64,000 bases of DNA. Source: an uncultured delta proteobacterium. Its GTDB lineage: Bacteria; Desulfobacterota; Binatia; HRBIN30; BPIQ01. The notes beneath the pieces are model-generated. The model saw only the letters and a list, made by a program, of their open reading frames with translations, was not told the origin of the DNA and made no database searches. The stretch lies in the NCBI GenBank assembly GCA_963761335.1, contig CAVXGR010000018.1, positions 960,001 to 1,024,000 on the forward strand, written 5' to 3'. The position numbers and the translations under genes were made by a program. This document shows, in pieces, positions 48,646-61,565 of the stretch (positions within the stretch are counted from its first letter, which is position 1; each line of letters opens with the position of its first letter).

Positions 48646-49821
48646 ATGAACAAGAAGACGGTCAGGGACATCGAGGTCGATGGCAAGGCGGTGCTGGTGC
48701 GCGTCGATTTCAACGTGCCTCTCGACAAGGGCGCGATCACCGACGACACCCGCATCCGCGCCGCCGTGCCGACCATCGAGTATCTCATCCAGCGCGGCGC
48801 CAAGACGATTCTCTGCTCGCATCTCGGACGACCCAAGGGCAAGCCAAACCCGGCGTACAGTCTGGCGCCGGCGGCGGCGCGTCTGGCCGAGATCCTCGGT
48901 CGGCCGGTCCCTCTGGCGCCCGACTGCGTCGGCGCCGAGGTGGAGAAGATGGTCCGCGGCATGAGCAAGGGGGACGTGCTGTTGCTCGAGAACCTGCGCT
49001 TCCATGCGGAGGAGGAGGCCAACGATGCGCAGTTCGCCCGCTCGCTGGCATCGCTGGCCGAGATCTACGTGGACGACGCCTTCGGCTCGGCCCACCGCGC
49101 CCATGCCTCGACCGCGGGGGTGGCCAGCGACCTGCCGGCCGTGGCGGGCCTGCTCATGGAGAAGGAGCTGAACTTTCTCGGCGGCGCGCTGACGAATCCG
49201 GCACGGCCGTTCATCGCCATCCTCGGAGGTGCCAAGGTCTCCGACAAGATCGCGGTGATCCAGAACCTCCTCGGCAAGGTCGACCGGCTGCTCATCGGCG
49301 GTGGCATGGCCAACACTTTTCTCAAGGCGCAGGGAAAGGAGATCGGCCAGTCCCTGGTGGAGGACGAGAAGGTCGAGGTTGCCCGCGATCTGCTGCGCCA
49401 GGGCGGGGACAAGCTGGCCCTTCCGGTCGACGTCGTCTGCGCCCGAGAGGTGGACGCCAATTCCGAGCGCCGCACCCTCGCCGCCGATGCCGTGCCGCCC
49501 GGCTGGCGCATCCTCGACATCGGTCCGCAGACCGTGGAGAACTTCAAGAATCACTTGAAGGGTGGGCGGACGGTGGTGTGGAACGGGCCGATGGGCGTCT
49601 TCGAGGTGGAGCCATTCGCCGCCGGCACCTTCGCGGTGGCGCGGGCGCTGGCCGATCTCCCGGGGGCGACGACGATCATCGGCGGCGGCGATTCCGCCGC
49701 AGCCGTCGAGCAGGCCGGGGTCGCCGACCGGGTGACCCACATCTCCACCGGCGGCGGTGCCTCACTGGAGTTCCTCGAGGGCAAGGAGCTTCCCGGCGTG
49801 GCGGTGCTTGAAGACAGATAG
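48646..49821 (+). CDS. pgk: Phosphoglycerate kinase
   Basis: [48 protein letters not shown]. Confidence 0.97.
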   Translation: MNKKTVRDIEVDGKAVLVRVDFNVPLDKGAITDDTRIRAAVPTIEYLIQRGAKTILCSHLGRPKGKPNPAYSLAPAAARLAEILGRPVPLAPDCVGAEVEKMVRGMSKGDVLLLENLRFHAEEEANDAQFARSLASLAEIYVDDAFGSAHRAHASTAGVASDLPAVAGLLMEKELNFLGGALTNPARPFIAILGGAKVSDKIAVIQNLLGKVDRLLIGGGMANTFLKAQGKEIGQSLVEDEKVEVARDLLRQGGDKLALPVDVVCAREVDANSERRTLAADAVPPGWRILDIGPQTVENFKNHLKGGRTVVWNGPMGVFEVEPFAAGTFAVARALADLPGATTIIGGGDSAAAVEQAGVADRVTHISTGGGASLEFLEGKELPGVAVLEDR

Positions 49822-49825
49822 CTCT

Positions 49826-49850
49826 CTGGGAGCGCGGCCATCTTGGCCGC
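49826..49850. repeat. Short REP-like element CTGGGAGCGCGGCCATCTTGGCCGC
   Basis: Identical copy at 21612-21636; variants at 6531-6554 and ~16187-16201; typically just after stop codons. Confidence 0.7.
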
Positions 49851-49992
49851 CACCCGGGCAAAGAGAAGAGAACGTAGAATGAAAAACCGGTGACCGGTGA
49901 TGGAGAACCGGTCACCGGTGTGGCGGGCGGTTTACCAGTTCTCCGTCACCGGTCACCGGTTCTCCATTTTACATTCTCTTCCTTCTTCTTCC

Positions 49993-51384
49993 CTACGGGT
50001 GCGTCATCTTCTCCGGCACCACCGCGGCGTCGAACTCCTCGGCGGTCAACAGCCCGAGCTTCACCGCCGCCTCGCGCAGGCTGATGCCCTCATGGTGCGC
50101 GGTCTTGGCGATCTTGGCGGCGTTGTCGTAGCCGATCTTCGGGTTGAGCGCGGTGACCAGCATGAGGGAGTTCTTCACGTAGGAGGCGATGCGCTCGCGG
50201 TTGGGCTCGATGCCGCTGACGCAGTGCTCGACGAAGGAGCGGCAGGCGTCACCGAGCAGGCGGATCGAGTTGAGCAGGTTGAAGATCATCACCGGCTTGA
50301 AGACGTTGAGCTCGAAGTTGCCCATGGAGCCGGCGAAGCCGATGGCGGCGTCGTTGCCCATGACCTGAACGCAGACCATGGTCATCGCCTCGCTCTGCGT
50401 CGGGTTGACCTTGCCGGGCATGATCGATGATCCGGGCTCGTTCTCCGGGATGGAGATCTCCCCGAGCCCGCAGCGCGGGCCGGAGGCCAGCCAACGGATG
50501 TCGTTGGCGATCTTCATGAGCGATGCCGCCAGGGTCTTCAGGGCGCCGGAGGCCATCACCACCTCGTCGTGTGCGGAGAGGGCGGCGAACTTGTTCGGGT
50601 TCGAGGTGAAGGGCTGGCCGGTGAGCTCGGCGATCTTGTGTGCGGCGCGCTCGGCGAACTCGGGGTGGGCGTTGAGACCGGTGCCGACGGCGGTGCCGCC
50701 GATCGCCAGAGAGCGCAGCCCGGGCAGCACCATGCGCAGGCGCTCGAGATCGGCGTCGAGAAGAGCGACGTAGCCGGAGAACTCCTGCCCGAGCGTCAGC
50801 GGCGTCGCGTCCTGCAGGTGCGTGCGCCCGATCTTGACGATGTCGGCGAACTCCTGCCGCTTCCGATCGAGCGCGTCGCGGAGCCGGGTCACCGCCGGGA
50901 TCAGCTTCTCGTGGACCTCGGTGGCGGCGGCGATCGACATGGCGGTGGGGAAGGTATCGTTCGACGACTGCGACATGTTGACGTCGTCGTTCGGGTGGAC
51001 CGGCTTCTTGCTCCCCATCTCGCCGCCGGCGAGCTCGATGGCGCGGTTGGAGATCACCTCGTTGGCGTTCATGTTGCTCTGCGTGCCACTGCCCGTCTGC
51101 CAGATGCGCAGGGGGAAATGGTCGTCGAGCTTGCCCTCGATGACCTCGTCGGTGGCCTTGACGATCAGGCGGCATTTCTCTTCGGACAGCTTGCCCAGGT
51201 CGCGATTCACCAGAGCCGCGGCCTTCTTCAGGGTTCCCATGGCGCGGATGAGCTCGCGCGGCATGGTGTCGTCGCCGATCTTGAAGTGGATCAGCGAGCG
51301 CGCCGTCTGGGCGCCGTAGTAGCGGTCCGCGGGCACCTCGATGGCGCCCATGCTGTCGGTCTCGGTGCGTGTCTTCACGGTCAT
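49993..51384 (-). CDS. fumC: Class II fumarate hydratase
   Basis: [39 protein letters not shown]. Confidence 0.97.
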   Translation of the reverse strand: MTVKTRTETDSMGAIEVPADRYYGAQTARSLIHFKIGDDTMPRELIRAMGTLKKAAALVNRDLGKLSEEKCRLIVKATDEVIEGKLDDHFPLRIWQTGSGTQSNMNANEVISNRAIELAGGEMGSKKPVHPNDDVNMSQSSNDTFPTAMSIAAATEVHEKLIPAVTRLRDALDRKRQEFADIVKIGRTHLQDATPLTLGQEFSGYVALLDADLERLRMVLPGLRSLAIGGTAVGTGLNAHPEFAERAAHKIAELTGQPFTSNPNKFAALSAHDEVVMASGALKTLAASLMKIANDIRWLASGPRCGLGEISIPENEPGSSIMPGKVNPTQSEAMTMVCVQVMGNDAAIGFAGSMGNFELNVFKPVMIFNLLNSIRLLGDACRSFVEHCVSGIEPNRERIASYVKNSLMLVTALNPKIGYDNAAKIAKTAHHEGISLREAAVKLGLLTAEEFDAAVVPEKMTHP

Positions 51385-51541
51385 GATCGCCTCCGCTGGC
51401 TCAAGATGAAGGAACCGCGGCGATGCGGCAAGTCTCTTGCCGCGGCCGCCTGGCTGGTCGTACCCTGAGCAGTGAGGTAAACCAGCGGCCGGGTAGTACC
51501 TCAATTTCATTTCGGGATGTTCGGGGTAACCCTCTCCCGCA

Positions 51542-53221
51542 TTGCCCGCGGGAGAGGGGCAGGGGTGCGCGGATTGTTTACCAGCTTTCAGTGAACAGAA
51601 AGGGACCCCTTACCTGACCTCTCCCCACGAAAGTGCGGGGAGAGGGACCTCGCGCCGAGGGTCGGAAATCAAACTGAAACACTACCAGCCGTCCCCGCCC
51701 GCAGCTGATTCCGCCGCCTCGCCATCGGGGCGGGAGCAGTACTGGCTGACGCGGTTCCTCTTCCTGCGCCTCCTGGGGTTCATCTACTTCGTCGCCTTTC
51801 TCGTCCTCTGCAATCAGATGTTGCCACTCTTCGGTGCCGACGGCCTGTTGCCGGCGCCGCTCTTCCTGTCGCGCGCCCTCGAGTATTTCGGCGGTCGCTG
51901 GCCGGCGTTCGCGGCGATGCCGACGATCTTCTGGCTCAACGTCTCCGACGGCTTCATGCTGGCGCTCGCCTACAGCGGCCTGGTGCTCTCGGGGCTGCTC
52001 CTGATCGGGTTTGCGAACGTTCCGCTCCTGGTGGCGCTGTGGGCGCTGTATCTCTCCTTCGTCCACGTCGGCCAGCTCTTCTGGGGCTACGGTTGGGAGA
52101 GCCTGCTGCTGGAGACGGGGTTCCTGGCGATCTTCATGTGTCCGCTGCTCGACCCGCGACCCTTCCCGGAAAAAGCGCCGCCGCCGAAGCCGGTGATCTG
52201 GCTGCTGCGCTGGCTCGTCTTCCGGGTCATGTTCGGCGCCGGGCTCATCAAGCTGCACGGCGATCAGTGCTGGTGGAATCTCACCTGCATGATGTACCAC
52301 TACGAGACCCAGCCGCTGCCGAACCCGCTGAGCTGGTACCTGAATCAGCTGCCGCCGCTGCTGCATCGGGTCGAGGTTCTCGGCAACCACTTCGTCGAGC
52401 TGCTCGCCCCTTGGGGCCTGGCGGCACCGCGGCGGATTCGCCACGTCGCCGGCCTGTGCATCGTCTTCTTCCAGCTCATGCTCATCCTGAGCGGCAACCT
52501 CTCCTGGCTGAACTACCTGACGATCGCCGTCTGTCTGAGCGCCTTCGACGACGCCTTTCTTCTCAGAGTGATTCCATGGGCGCGCGGCCGCGTTCTGTGC
52601 CTGCGGTCGAAGGGGCCCTCGCCGGCGCGCCGCGCGGTCACCTGGGCGCTGGTGGCTCTGGTTGCCTATCTGAGCATCAACCCGGTGATCAACATGCTCT
52701 CGCCGAACCAGATGATGAACAGCTCCTTCGATCCCCTGGATCTGGTGAACACCTACGGCGCCTTCGGGACGGTCGGCAAGGTGCGCCGCGAGATCATCCT
52801 CGAGGGCACCACGGATACGACGCTGAGCGAGTCGACCCACTGGCTGCCGTACGAGCTCAAGTGCAAGCCCGGCGACGTCGACCGCCGCCCCTGCATCGTG
52901 GCGCCGTACCACTATCGCATCGACTGGCAGATGTGGTTCGCGGCCATGGAGGACTACCGTGGCAACCCATGGCTGCTGCACTTCATCTTCAAGCTGCTCG
53001 AGGGAGACGCCGCTGCCCTGAGCCTTGTGGCGGGCAATCCCTTCCCGGACGGACCGCCTCACTACATCCGCGTCCAGCTGTACGAGTATCACTTCACGCG
53101 CTTCGGGGATCCCGGTGGCGCCTGGTGGCGGCGCCAGCTGATCGGTCCCTACCTGCCGCCGCTCTCGGCGGACGACCCGGCGCTGCAGCGCTTCCTGGCC
53201 TCGCGCGGCTGGAGCCGGTGA
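51542..53221 (+). CDS. Lipase maturation factor (LMF) family membrane protein; start uncertain
   Basis: [50 protein letters not shown]. Confidence 0.88.
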   Translation: MPAGEGQGCADCLPAFSEQKGTPYLTSPHESAGRGTSRRGSEIKLKHYQPSPPAADSAASPSGREQYWLTRFLFLRLLGFIYFVAFLVLCNQMLPLFGADGLLPAPLFLSRALEYFGGRWPAFAAMPTIFWLNVSDGFMLALAYSGLVLSGLLLIGFANVPLLVALWALYLSFVHVGQLFWGYGWESLLLETGFLAIFMCPLLDPRPFPEKAPPPKPVIWLLRWLVFRVMFGAGLIKLHGDQCWWNLTCMMYHYETQPLPNPLSWYLNQLPPLLHRVEVLGNHFVELLAPWGLAAPRRIRHVAGLCIVFFQLMLILSGNLSWLNYLTIAVCLSAFDDAFLLRVIPWARGRVLCLRSKGPSPARRAVTWALVALVAYLSINPVINMLSPNQMMNSSFDPLDLVNTYGAFGTVGKVRREIILEGTTDTTLSESTHWLPYELKCKPGDVDRRPCIVAPYHYRIDWQMWFAAMEDYRGNPWLLHFIFKLLEGDAAALSLVAGNPFPDGPPHYIRVQLYEYHFTRFGDPGGAWWRRQLIGPYLPPLSADDPALQRFLASRGWSR

Positions 53222-53226
53222 TTGTC

Positions 53227-53262
53227 CCGGGGCGGGGTTGAGCGAACCGCAGAGGCGCAGAG
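53227..53262. repeat. 36-bp perfect inverted repeat, left copy
   Basis: CCGGGGCGGGGTTGAGCGAACCGCAGAGGCGCAGAG; reverse complement at 57833-57868. Confidence 0.85.
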
Positions 53263-53372
53263 AAGAGAGAGAGCCGCCAAGGCGCCAAGGACGCCAAGAG
53301 GAGATCGCCAAGAGGAAAGAAGACTGGCCACTCCGCAGGCGGAGTTGTCTATTCAGGACGTGCGCCGCCCGC

Positions 53373-56300
53373 CTATGGAAGCCGGGTGGTGCGACCAGCG
53401 GCACTGCCTCGTCTGACGATGCCTGATCGCAACCAGATCAGCGCGCATGTCCCCAACAACAGCAGCCATGAGCCCAGGCCAGCGCCCTCGCTGCTCAATT
53501 GACAACCTTCACCGCCCGGCGACCCCGAGGCCTGTGTCGGAGCGGCTGTATTCGTCGCCGTCTCCGTAAGGCGCGCCGTCACGCTCGGGGTCGGCGTTGC
53601 CTCCGCAGGGCATTCCACTTCGAGGTCGCTGTGCCCTGCTGCGGGGAGGAAGTGGGTAGTGTCGCGTGCCAGGACCTCGATCCGCTGCGTGCCACAGAAG
53701 GACGGCCGGTAGAGGACACGTACCTGATACGAGTTGTCCGCCGCGATGTACGGCGGGCGCTCTTCGTCGAAGAAGGTGCGATGTCCCGCCAGGTCGGTTG
53801 CGGCGAACAGTACCTGTACACTGCTGACGTCGCCTCCGACGGCGCTGATCTGTGCCTTGACGACGACCGGCTGGTAGAGCTGGACCACCCCGGGCACGGC
53901 CGCGACATCGTCCACGCGCAGCTCGCGGCCGAGAACGGCGGCGCGCGCCGGAGCCGCCGTCGCAGCGCCCTGGCTGCCGTTGATGTGGAGGATGCCGTGG
54001 TAGAAGCCGACGTTGTTGCTGTACGGCTCGATCGGGGCATTGGTGATGTACTTGAGATTCGTTGGAATCCCCGTCAGGCCGTGCCCCGGTATCTCCGGCG
54101 CGAGGGTGCCGTCCTGCTTCTCCATCCACACCACCACCCAGAAGGTCTGGTAGGTATCGCCGAGGTCATTGGTCGAGAGGACGGTGTGCGGGAGCAGGTA
54201 GTTGGGCTCGTTGGTCGTTCCTTCGAAGGCGGGAATCTGGCCGATGGTGACCGGCACAGAGTTGATCAGGACGCTGTCGCCGATCGGCTCGCTAATGCTC
54301 TTGTCCCAGGGCTGACGATAGAAGTTGATCTTGGCCGTCGTGCCCGACGGCATTGCCGCGAAGCTGTAGTTGTAGACGCGTGCTTGTAGGAAGAGATCGG
54401 TACCGGCGTTCACCTCCGTGAGCTGCGGTCCCTCTCCGTTGGCATCCGTCGTGGTGATGAAGAAGCCTCGCATCGTGTAGAATGGAGTGATCCAGACGTC
54501 CCCTCCGCCAAAATCCGCGCTGTTGAACGTGACGCAATCGTACGTGTTTCCCGCCGCCGGGCGGCACTGGTCACCGGTGTCGGCTGCCCTCTCGCTGTAC
54601 CAACGCTGCGGATGATTCACCGCGACGTCCGGGTTTTGTAGATACGGGCTCGAGCCGGAGCTCCACCAATCACCACCGCCGCTCGCCGCTCGCGGATCGA
54701 CGACGTACGCCGTACGGATGGGGCCGGTGGTCGATATGTTGGGTGTCGGAGTGGGAATCGGCACGTTGCCCTGCGTGTTCGACGGCAGCATCTGGCTGAA
54801 GATGTAGGGCTCGACCAGGTACTGGTAGTCTCCGGTCGGCTCGATGAAGGTGTCCGGCTTCATGATCAGCACCCCGGTTGATGCTCCTAGGGACGTCGAA
54901 TCCGAGTAGAGGGTGCTGAAAGCGGTGCTGGAACCGTAATCGACGCCGGCGCTGCCACCGGTGCCTTTGATGCCTCCCGAAACGCTCTCCGAGGTCGTGT
55001 GCGACTGCGTATTCGTCGAGCCGGTGCTCTGATTGTTCCCTCCGCCCGTGGTCCACTTTACTCCGGTATCGTCCGTTGTTGTCCCCGTCGAGAAGGAGAT
55101 CCCGCTCGACAGTGCGATGAGGTTCGGGTACTGCGTTGCGAGCTGCGCGGACGACCATGGATACGAGAAGATGTTCCCCGGCTCGTGGACCGGCTGGTAC
55201 CACTCGAGGGTGGAGCCGTCGAGGAATGCGACGCTAGGAATTCCGCTGGTTGTGGACTCCGAAATTTGGTCGGGCGCCGAGAAGGTGACGTACTCGGGAC
55301 TGCCGTCGGCCGCGGTCACGCCGAGAATGGGGTAGTTGTAGATGTTGAGCCGGCTGTAGTGAAACGCGACGATGTCCCCGAGAGTCGTGGTGCTCGAGGC
55401 GTCGAACATCCGCGTAACATAGGTATCGTAGTTGGACGATACGGTGTTCTCCTGCACCTTGCCGATGGTCGACTGTTCGCTGGCGCCGATGGAGGCCCCC
55501 TCAGCTTTGAACCCCACTCCACCTCCGGTCGTTACCTTCTTCGAGTACGTGTAGCTGGTCGTGCTCGTGCTCGCGGAGTTCTCCTTGTTGTCCGAATCGA
55601 CGGTGTACGTCGAGTTGTAGCTGTCCGGGACGACCGTGAAGTTGAAGACCTCGGGCGCGCTGGCGCCGATCGGCTGCACGTAGTCGGCGTGCATCGGTGG
55701 GACGCCGATGACGACGAGCGGTTGCGAATGCGCCTCCACCCGCACCACCTCCGGCGCTCCGAGCCGCAGCGAGCGTCCCTGGAGGTCGCCGACGCTGAGG
55801 AGATTGCCCTGCAGGTTCTTGCTCTCGACGAAGTTCAAGTCGGTGTCGGTGACGGCGGTCGTGTAGGCGGGCGTGAGGTCGGCCAGGGAAGCGACGTCGT
55901 AGAAGAGTACGGTGGGGGAGGGGGAGCCGCGCAGCACGGCGATCTGCTGGTTCGTCGTCGCGGCCGAAGAGCCGAAGTTGCTCGTTCCGGAGAACCGGCC
56001 GATGGCAACGCCGATGACGATCTGCAGCTGCTGAGTGGAGAACGTGGGGCCGTGGAACACGGTCGGCTTCAGACCGGAGCCGTAGCTGACCAGAGTCAGC
56101 ATGGTCTTGGACTCGTTGTAGTTGGTCTGCTTGGTCTGGGCGATGACCACTTGATGTGCCGCCTGCTCCTCGTTCAGGACGACGCCGTTTTCATACAGGA
56201 CGAGCGGCCCGCTGGTGGCGACGATGCCGTCGAGCTGATTGGTGGGGACGGTGACGGTCTTCGAGTTGTTGCAGACCTGGACTTCGCTCGTCTGGGTGAA

Positions 56301-57368
56301 CTTCGTCAATCCGGCATTGACCTCGTAGGAACGCAGGTAGCAGTTGTTTCCAAGGAGGTCCTGGTCCAATAGCACCAGCTCGTCACCGCCCCGGTCTACG
56401 TCGAAATTCCCGACCAGTACGTTGACCGCGGGATTGTCTTGGTCGAGCCCGTCGAACCCGCTGTTACCGTACAGCGACGTCAGCATCTCGGTGCCGCTGG
56501 CCGGAATGATCTGAAAGCGCTGCGCGCCCCCGCAGATCGTCCCGGCGACGTCGCCCGGACAGATCGACGCGAGATAGACGTTGCGCACCGCCGTATTGGA
56601 CTGCCTGCCGCCGATCCAGGCGATATCGAGGATGCCGTCGTCGTTGAGATCGCCGACCGCCGGCTGGTTCTGCGGCGTCTGCTCGAAACTGAGCGCCAGG
56701 CTCGGCCCGAAGGCGAGCGCCATGCTCTTTCCGGTTGGGTCCGCCGCACTGGCGACGAACATCTCGTCGCTGTTCATGACGATCAGGTCATCGAGACCGT
56801 CGAAGTCGAAGTCGGCGACGCCGAGCTGCAATGACTGAGCCGACGTGGTGATCGTCGTCGAGGCGGAAGCTCCCGTGACCGGCTGATCGACGTGAAACGT
56901 GACGTTGTTGGTTCCCGAACAGTCACGGCCGCTGGCGTTGTCGTTGGCCACAACGGTGACGATGAAGGCCCCGCCGGACGTATTGAAGAGCCGGGCGACC
57001 CTCGTCTGCATCGGTCCGGGGAAGAGGGGGCCGTTGACGGTCTCGGCGCACACCGGATGGTCGGGATAGGTGGAATGGCTGCCGGTCACTGTGGCGCCGC
57101 CATTGTCGAGCAGCAGCGGCGAGATGCGATAGTTCCTCGGGTCGCAGTTGGACACGCAGCTGCCGGGGCGCGTCGGCCACCAGGCCACCAGGTCGTCGGC
57201 GGGGATGAGGCTGCGCTGGCCGCCGAGGATGTCATCGACATTGCTCATGTCCGGATCGTCGGCTGCCGCTCGACCGGCGCTCAGGATGACGGCGCCCAGG
57301 AGCAGAGCCACGCCGATGACCCGTGCAACTCGCGTCCAACCTGTTTGCTTCTGACACTGGCGCCCCAT
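53373..57368 (-). CDS. Large exported FG-GAP/VCBS-repeat protein with C-terminal Gly-Cys/TM sorting-type tail
   Basis: Signal peptide; ADFDFDGLDDL and GDLNDDGILDI repeats; Pro/Thr linker, then GGEGC...WLLLLGTCALIWLR...RR. Confidence 0.8.
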   Translation of the reverse strand: MGRQCQKQTGWTRVARVIGVALLLGAVILSAGRAAADDPDMSNVDDILGGQRSLIPADDLVAWWPTRPGSCVSNCDPRNYRISPLLLDNGGATVTGSHSTYPDHPVCAETVNGPLFPGPMQTRVARLFNTSGGAFIVTVVANDNASGRDCSGTNNVTFHVDQPVTGASASTTITTSAQSLQLGVADFDFDGLDDLIVMNSDEMFVASAADPTGKSMALAFGPSLALSFEQTPQNQPAVGDLNDDGILDIAWIGGRQSNTAVRNVYLASICPGDVAGTICGGAQRFQIIPASGTEMLTSLYGNSGFDGLDQDNPAVNVLVGNFDVDRGGDELVLLDQDLLGNNCYLRSYEVNAGLTKFTQTSEVQVCNNSKTVTVPTNQLDGIVATSGPLVLYENGVVLNEEQAAHQVVIAQTKQTNYNESKTMLTLVSYGSGLKPTVFHGPTFSTQQLQIVIGVAIGRFSGTSNFGSSAATTNQQIAVLRGSPSPTVLFYDVASLADLTPAYTTAVTDTDLNFVESKNLQGNLLSVGDLQGRSLRLGAPEVVRVEAHSQPLVVIGVPPMHADYVQPIGASAPEVFNFTVVPDSYNSTYTVDSDNKENSASTSTTSYTYSKKVTTGGGVGFKAEGASIGASEQSTIGKVQENTVSSNYDTYVTRMFDASSTTTLGDIVAFHYSRLNIYNYPILGVTAADGSPEYVTFSAPDQISESTTSGIPSVAFLDGSTLEWYQPVHEPGNIFSYPWSSAQLATQYPNLIALSSGISFSTGTTTDDTGVKWTTGGGNNQSTGSTNTQSHTTSESVSGGIKGTGGSAGVDYGSSTAFSTLYSDSTSLGASTGVLIMKPDTFIEPTGDYQYLVEPYIFSQMLPSNTQGNVPIPTPTPNISTTGPIRTAYVVDPRAASGGGDWWSSGSSPYLQNPDVAVNHPQRWYSERAADTGDQCRPAAGNTYDCVTFNSADFGGGDVWITPFYTMRGFFITTTDANGEGPQLTEVNAGTDLFLQARVYNYSFAAMPSGTTAKINFYRQPWDKSISEPIGDSVLINSVPVTIGQIPAFEGTTNEPNYLLPHTVLSTNDLGDTYQTFWVVVWMEKQDGTLAPEIPGHGLTGIPTNLKYITNAPIEPYSNNVGFYHGILHINGSQGAATAAPARAAVLGRELRVDDVAAVPGVVQLYQPVVVKAQISAVGGDVSSVQVLFAATDLAGHRTFFDEERPPYIAADNSYQVRVLYRPSFCGTQRIEVLARDTTHFLPAAGHSDLEVECPAEATPTPSVTARLTETATNTAAPTQASGSPGGEGCQLSSEGAGLGSWLLLLGTCALIWLRSGIVRRGSAAGRTTRLP

Positions 57369-57832
57369 GCGCTTCTCCTTCGGTGTTACGGTCGAGCCTC
57401 TTCGTGAGAGGTCGGCCGCTCATCGTCGCTCGAGTCCTTGCGGCGAAGTTTCCTGCTCAGACTGCCGCCTGCACTCGGCAATCGTCAATACGACTCGTGC
57501 GATTCGGATATCCGGTGTTGGATGGCGCAGGATAACCGACTACCGCGGCCACTGCGACCCTTTTCGCTTTGCCCGAGGCGAAGAATTCTTTGCCGGCAGC
57601 GCATGGCTGATGAAGGTGCTGCGCGTGTTGCGCCTTCACCATCCCGCCGGAGGTCGCAGTCGCCACGCGAGAAGCTGGTTGCGACGAAGATTTAAGCGCC
57701 GCGTGAGAAGGAGCAAGCGAGCCAGCCTGCCCGTCCTCGGCCCATCTCCGACTTGCGCGCCGTCTCGGCGTCCTTTCTTTGCGCTCTTTGCCCTCTTGGC
57801 GCCTTGGCGGTGCTCTTCTCTTCCTCCGCGCC

Positions 57833-57868
57833 CTCTGCGCCTCTGCGGTTCGCTCAACCCCGCCCCGG
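57833..57868. repeat. 36-bp perfect inverted repeat, right copy
   Basis: Reverse complement of 53227-53262. Confidence 0.85.
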
Positions 57869-59152
57869 AACATTGCCGGCAGACGGCCCAGACGCCGACC
57901 GCCTCGGCGCCGGCGTAAACCGACACGGCATGCGCTTGATGCCGTGGATGAAGGCCGATTGCAGCATGGCCGGCGGGCCGCTGACCTCGATGTCGGGGAG
58001 GCGGTGCAGCAGCTCGTCGAACATGACCGCGATCTCGCGGCGGGCGAGATTGGCGCCGAGGCAGAAATGCGGGCCGCCGGCGCCGAAGCCGACGTGCTCG
58101 TTGGGAGTGCGGCCGACGTCGAAGCGGTGCGGATCGTCGAACGCCGCTTCGTCCCGATTGGCGGAGTTGTACCACATGACCACCTTGTCGCCGGCGGCGA
58201 TCTTCTGGCCGCCGATCTCGGTGTCCTTGACGGCGGTGCGCCGGAAGTGGATGACCGGGCTCGCCCAGCGGACGATCTCCTCGACGGCGGTCGGGGTCAG
58301 GCGCTCGAAGTCGGCGAGCCATCGGGCGCGCTCCTCGGGAAAATCGGTGAGCGCCTTCATGGCGTGGCTGATGGCGTTGCGCGTGGTCTCGTTGCCGGCG
58401 GCGACCAGCAGGATGAAGAAGGAGCCGAACTCCTGCGCCGAGAGCCGCTCGCCGTCCACCTCGGCGTTCATCAGTGCCGAGGTGATGTCATCGGTGGGCG
58501 TCTCCAGGCGCCGGCGGCCGAGCTCCTGAGCGTACTGGGACAGCTCCATGCCGGCGGCCATGAGGTCCTCGATGGTCATGGCGTACTCCGGGTCGCCGAC
58601 GCCGAGGATGATGTTGGTCAGCTCGAGGATGCGCCGGTAGTCGGAGGCCGGGATACCCATCATGTCGCAGATGATCTCCAGCGGCAGGGCGGCGGCGACG
58701 TCGGCCACGAAGTCGCACTCGCCGCGCTCGGCGACGGCCTCGACGATCTTCTGCGCCTTGTCGCGGACCATCCCCTCGGCGCGGTTCACCATGCGCGGCG
58801 TGAAGCCGCGGTTGACGATGAGGCGCAGCTTCGTGTGGCGCGGCGCGTCCATGTTGATCATCGAGCCGAAGAACTCGGCGAGCTCGATTGGCAGGTCGCC
58901 GATGTTGGAGCCGCGACCGGAGATGAAGGTCTGCGGGTTGCGACTGACCTGGAAGACGTCGGCGTAGCGGGTGAGCGCCCAGAATCCGGGCCCCTTGGGG
59001 AGGCCCGGGTAGTCGAACTCCTCGTGAAACGACACGGGGCGCTCGGCGCGCAGCTTGGCGAAGACGCCCTCGCGGTCGGTGCGCAGCCAGAACTCGGGCG
59101 TGGCGAGCTTGATCTCGTCGACGGACAGCGTCGTCTCGGGGGTCATCGGCAT
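57854..59152 (-). CDS. Cytochrome P450 (CYP124/125-like)
   Basis: AGNETT, EIVR (ExxR), GFGAGGPHFCLG heme motif. Confidence 0.92.
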   Translation of the reverse strand: MPMTPETTLSVDEIKLATPEFWLRTDREGVFAKLRAERPVSFHEEFDYPGLPKGPGFWALTRYADVFQVSRNPQTFISGRGSNIGDLPIELAEFFGSMINMDAPRHTKLRLIVNRGFTPRMVNRAEGMVRDKAQKIVEAVAERGECDFVADVAAALPLEIICDMMGIPASDYRRILELTNIILGVGDPEYAMTIEDLMAAGMELSQYAQELGRRRLETPTDDITSALMNAEVDGERLSAQEFGSFFILLVAAGNETTRNAISHAMKALTDFPEERARWLADFERLTPTAVEEIVRWASPVIHFRRTAVKDTEIGGQKIAAGDKVVMWYNSANRDEAAFDDPHRFDVGRTPNEHVGFGAGGPHFCLGANLARREIAVMFDELLHRLPDIEVSGPPAMLQSAFIHGIKRMPCRFTPAPRRSASGPSAGNVPGRG

Positions 59153-59200
59153 GAATCGCCTCTTAGCGACCCCGCCGGCTCCAGTCCAGCCGCGCCCGGC

Positions 59201-61441
<2,241 letters not shown>

Positions 61442-61565
61442 CAGGGCACCTCGCCTACAAATACTCCGAAAAGTGCCGCCCGGCCACCTCCCGGAGAGAG
61501 TTGCGATATGCGGGTGCACGTGCCAAGAAGGGGCGGCTGCGGCGCTCGCCAACCCGGAGGCACTC

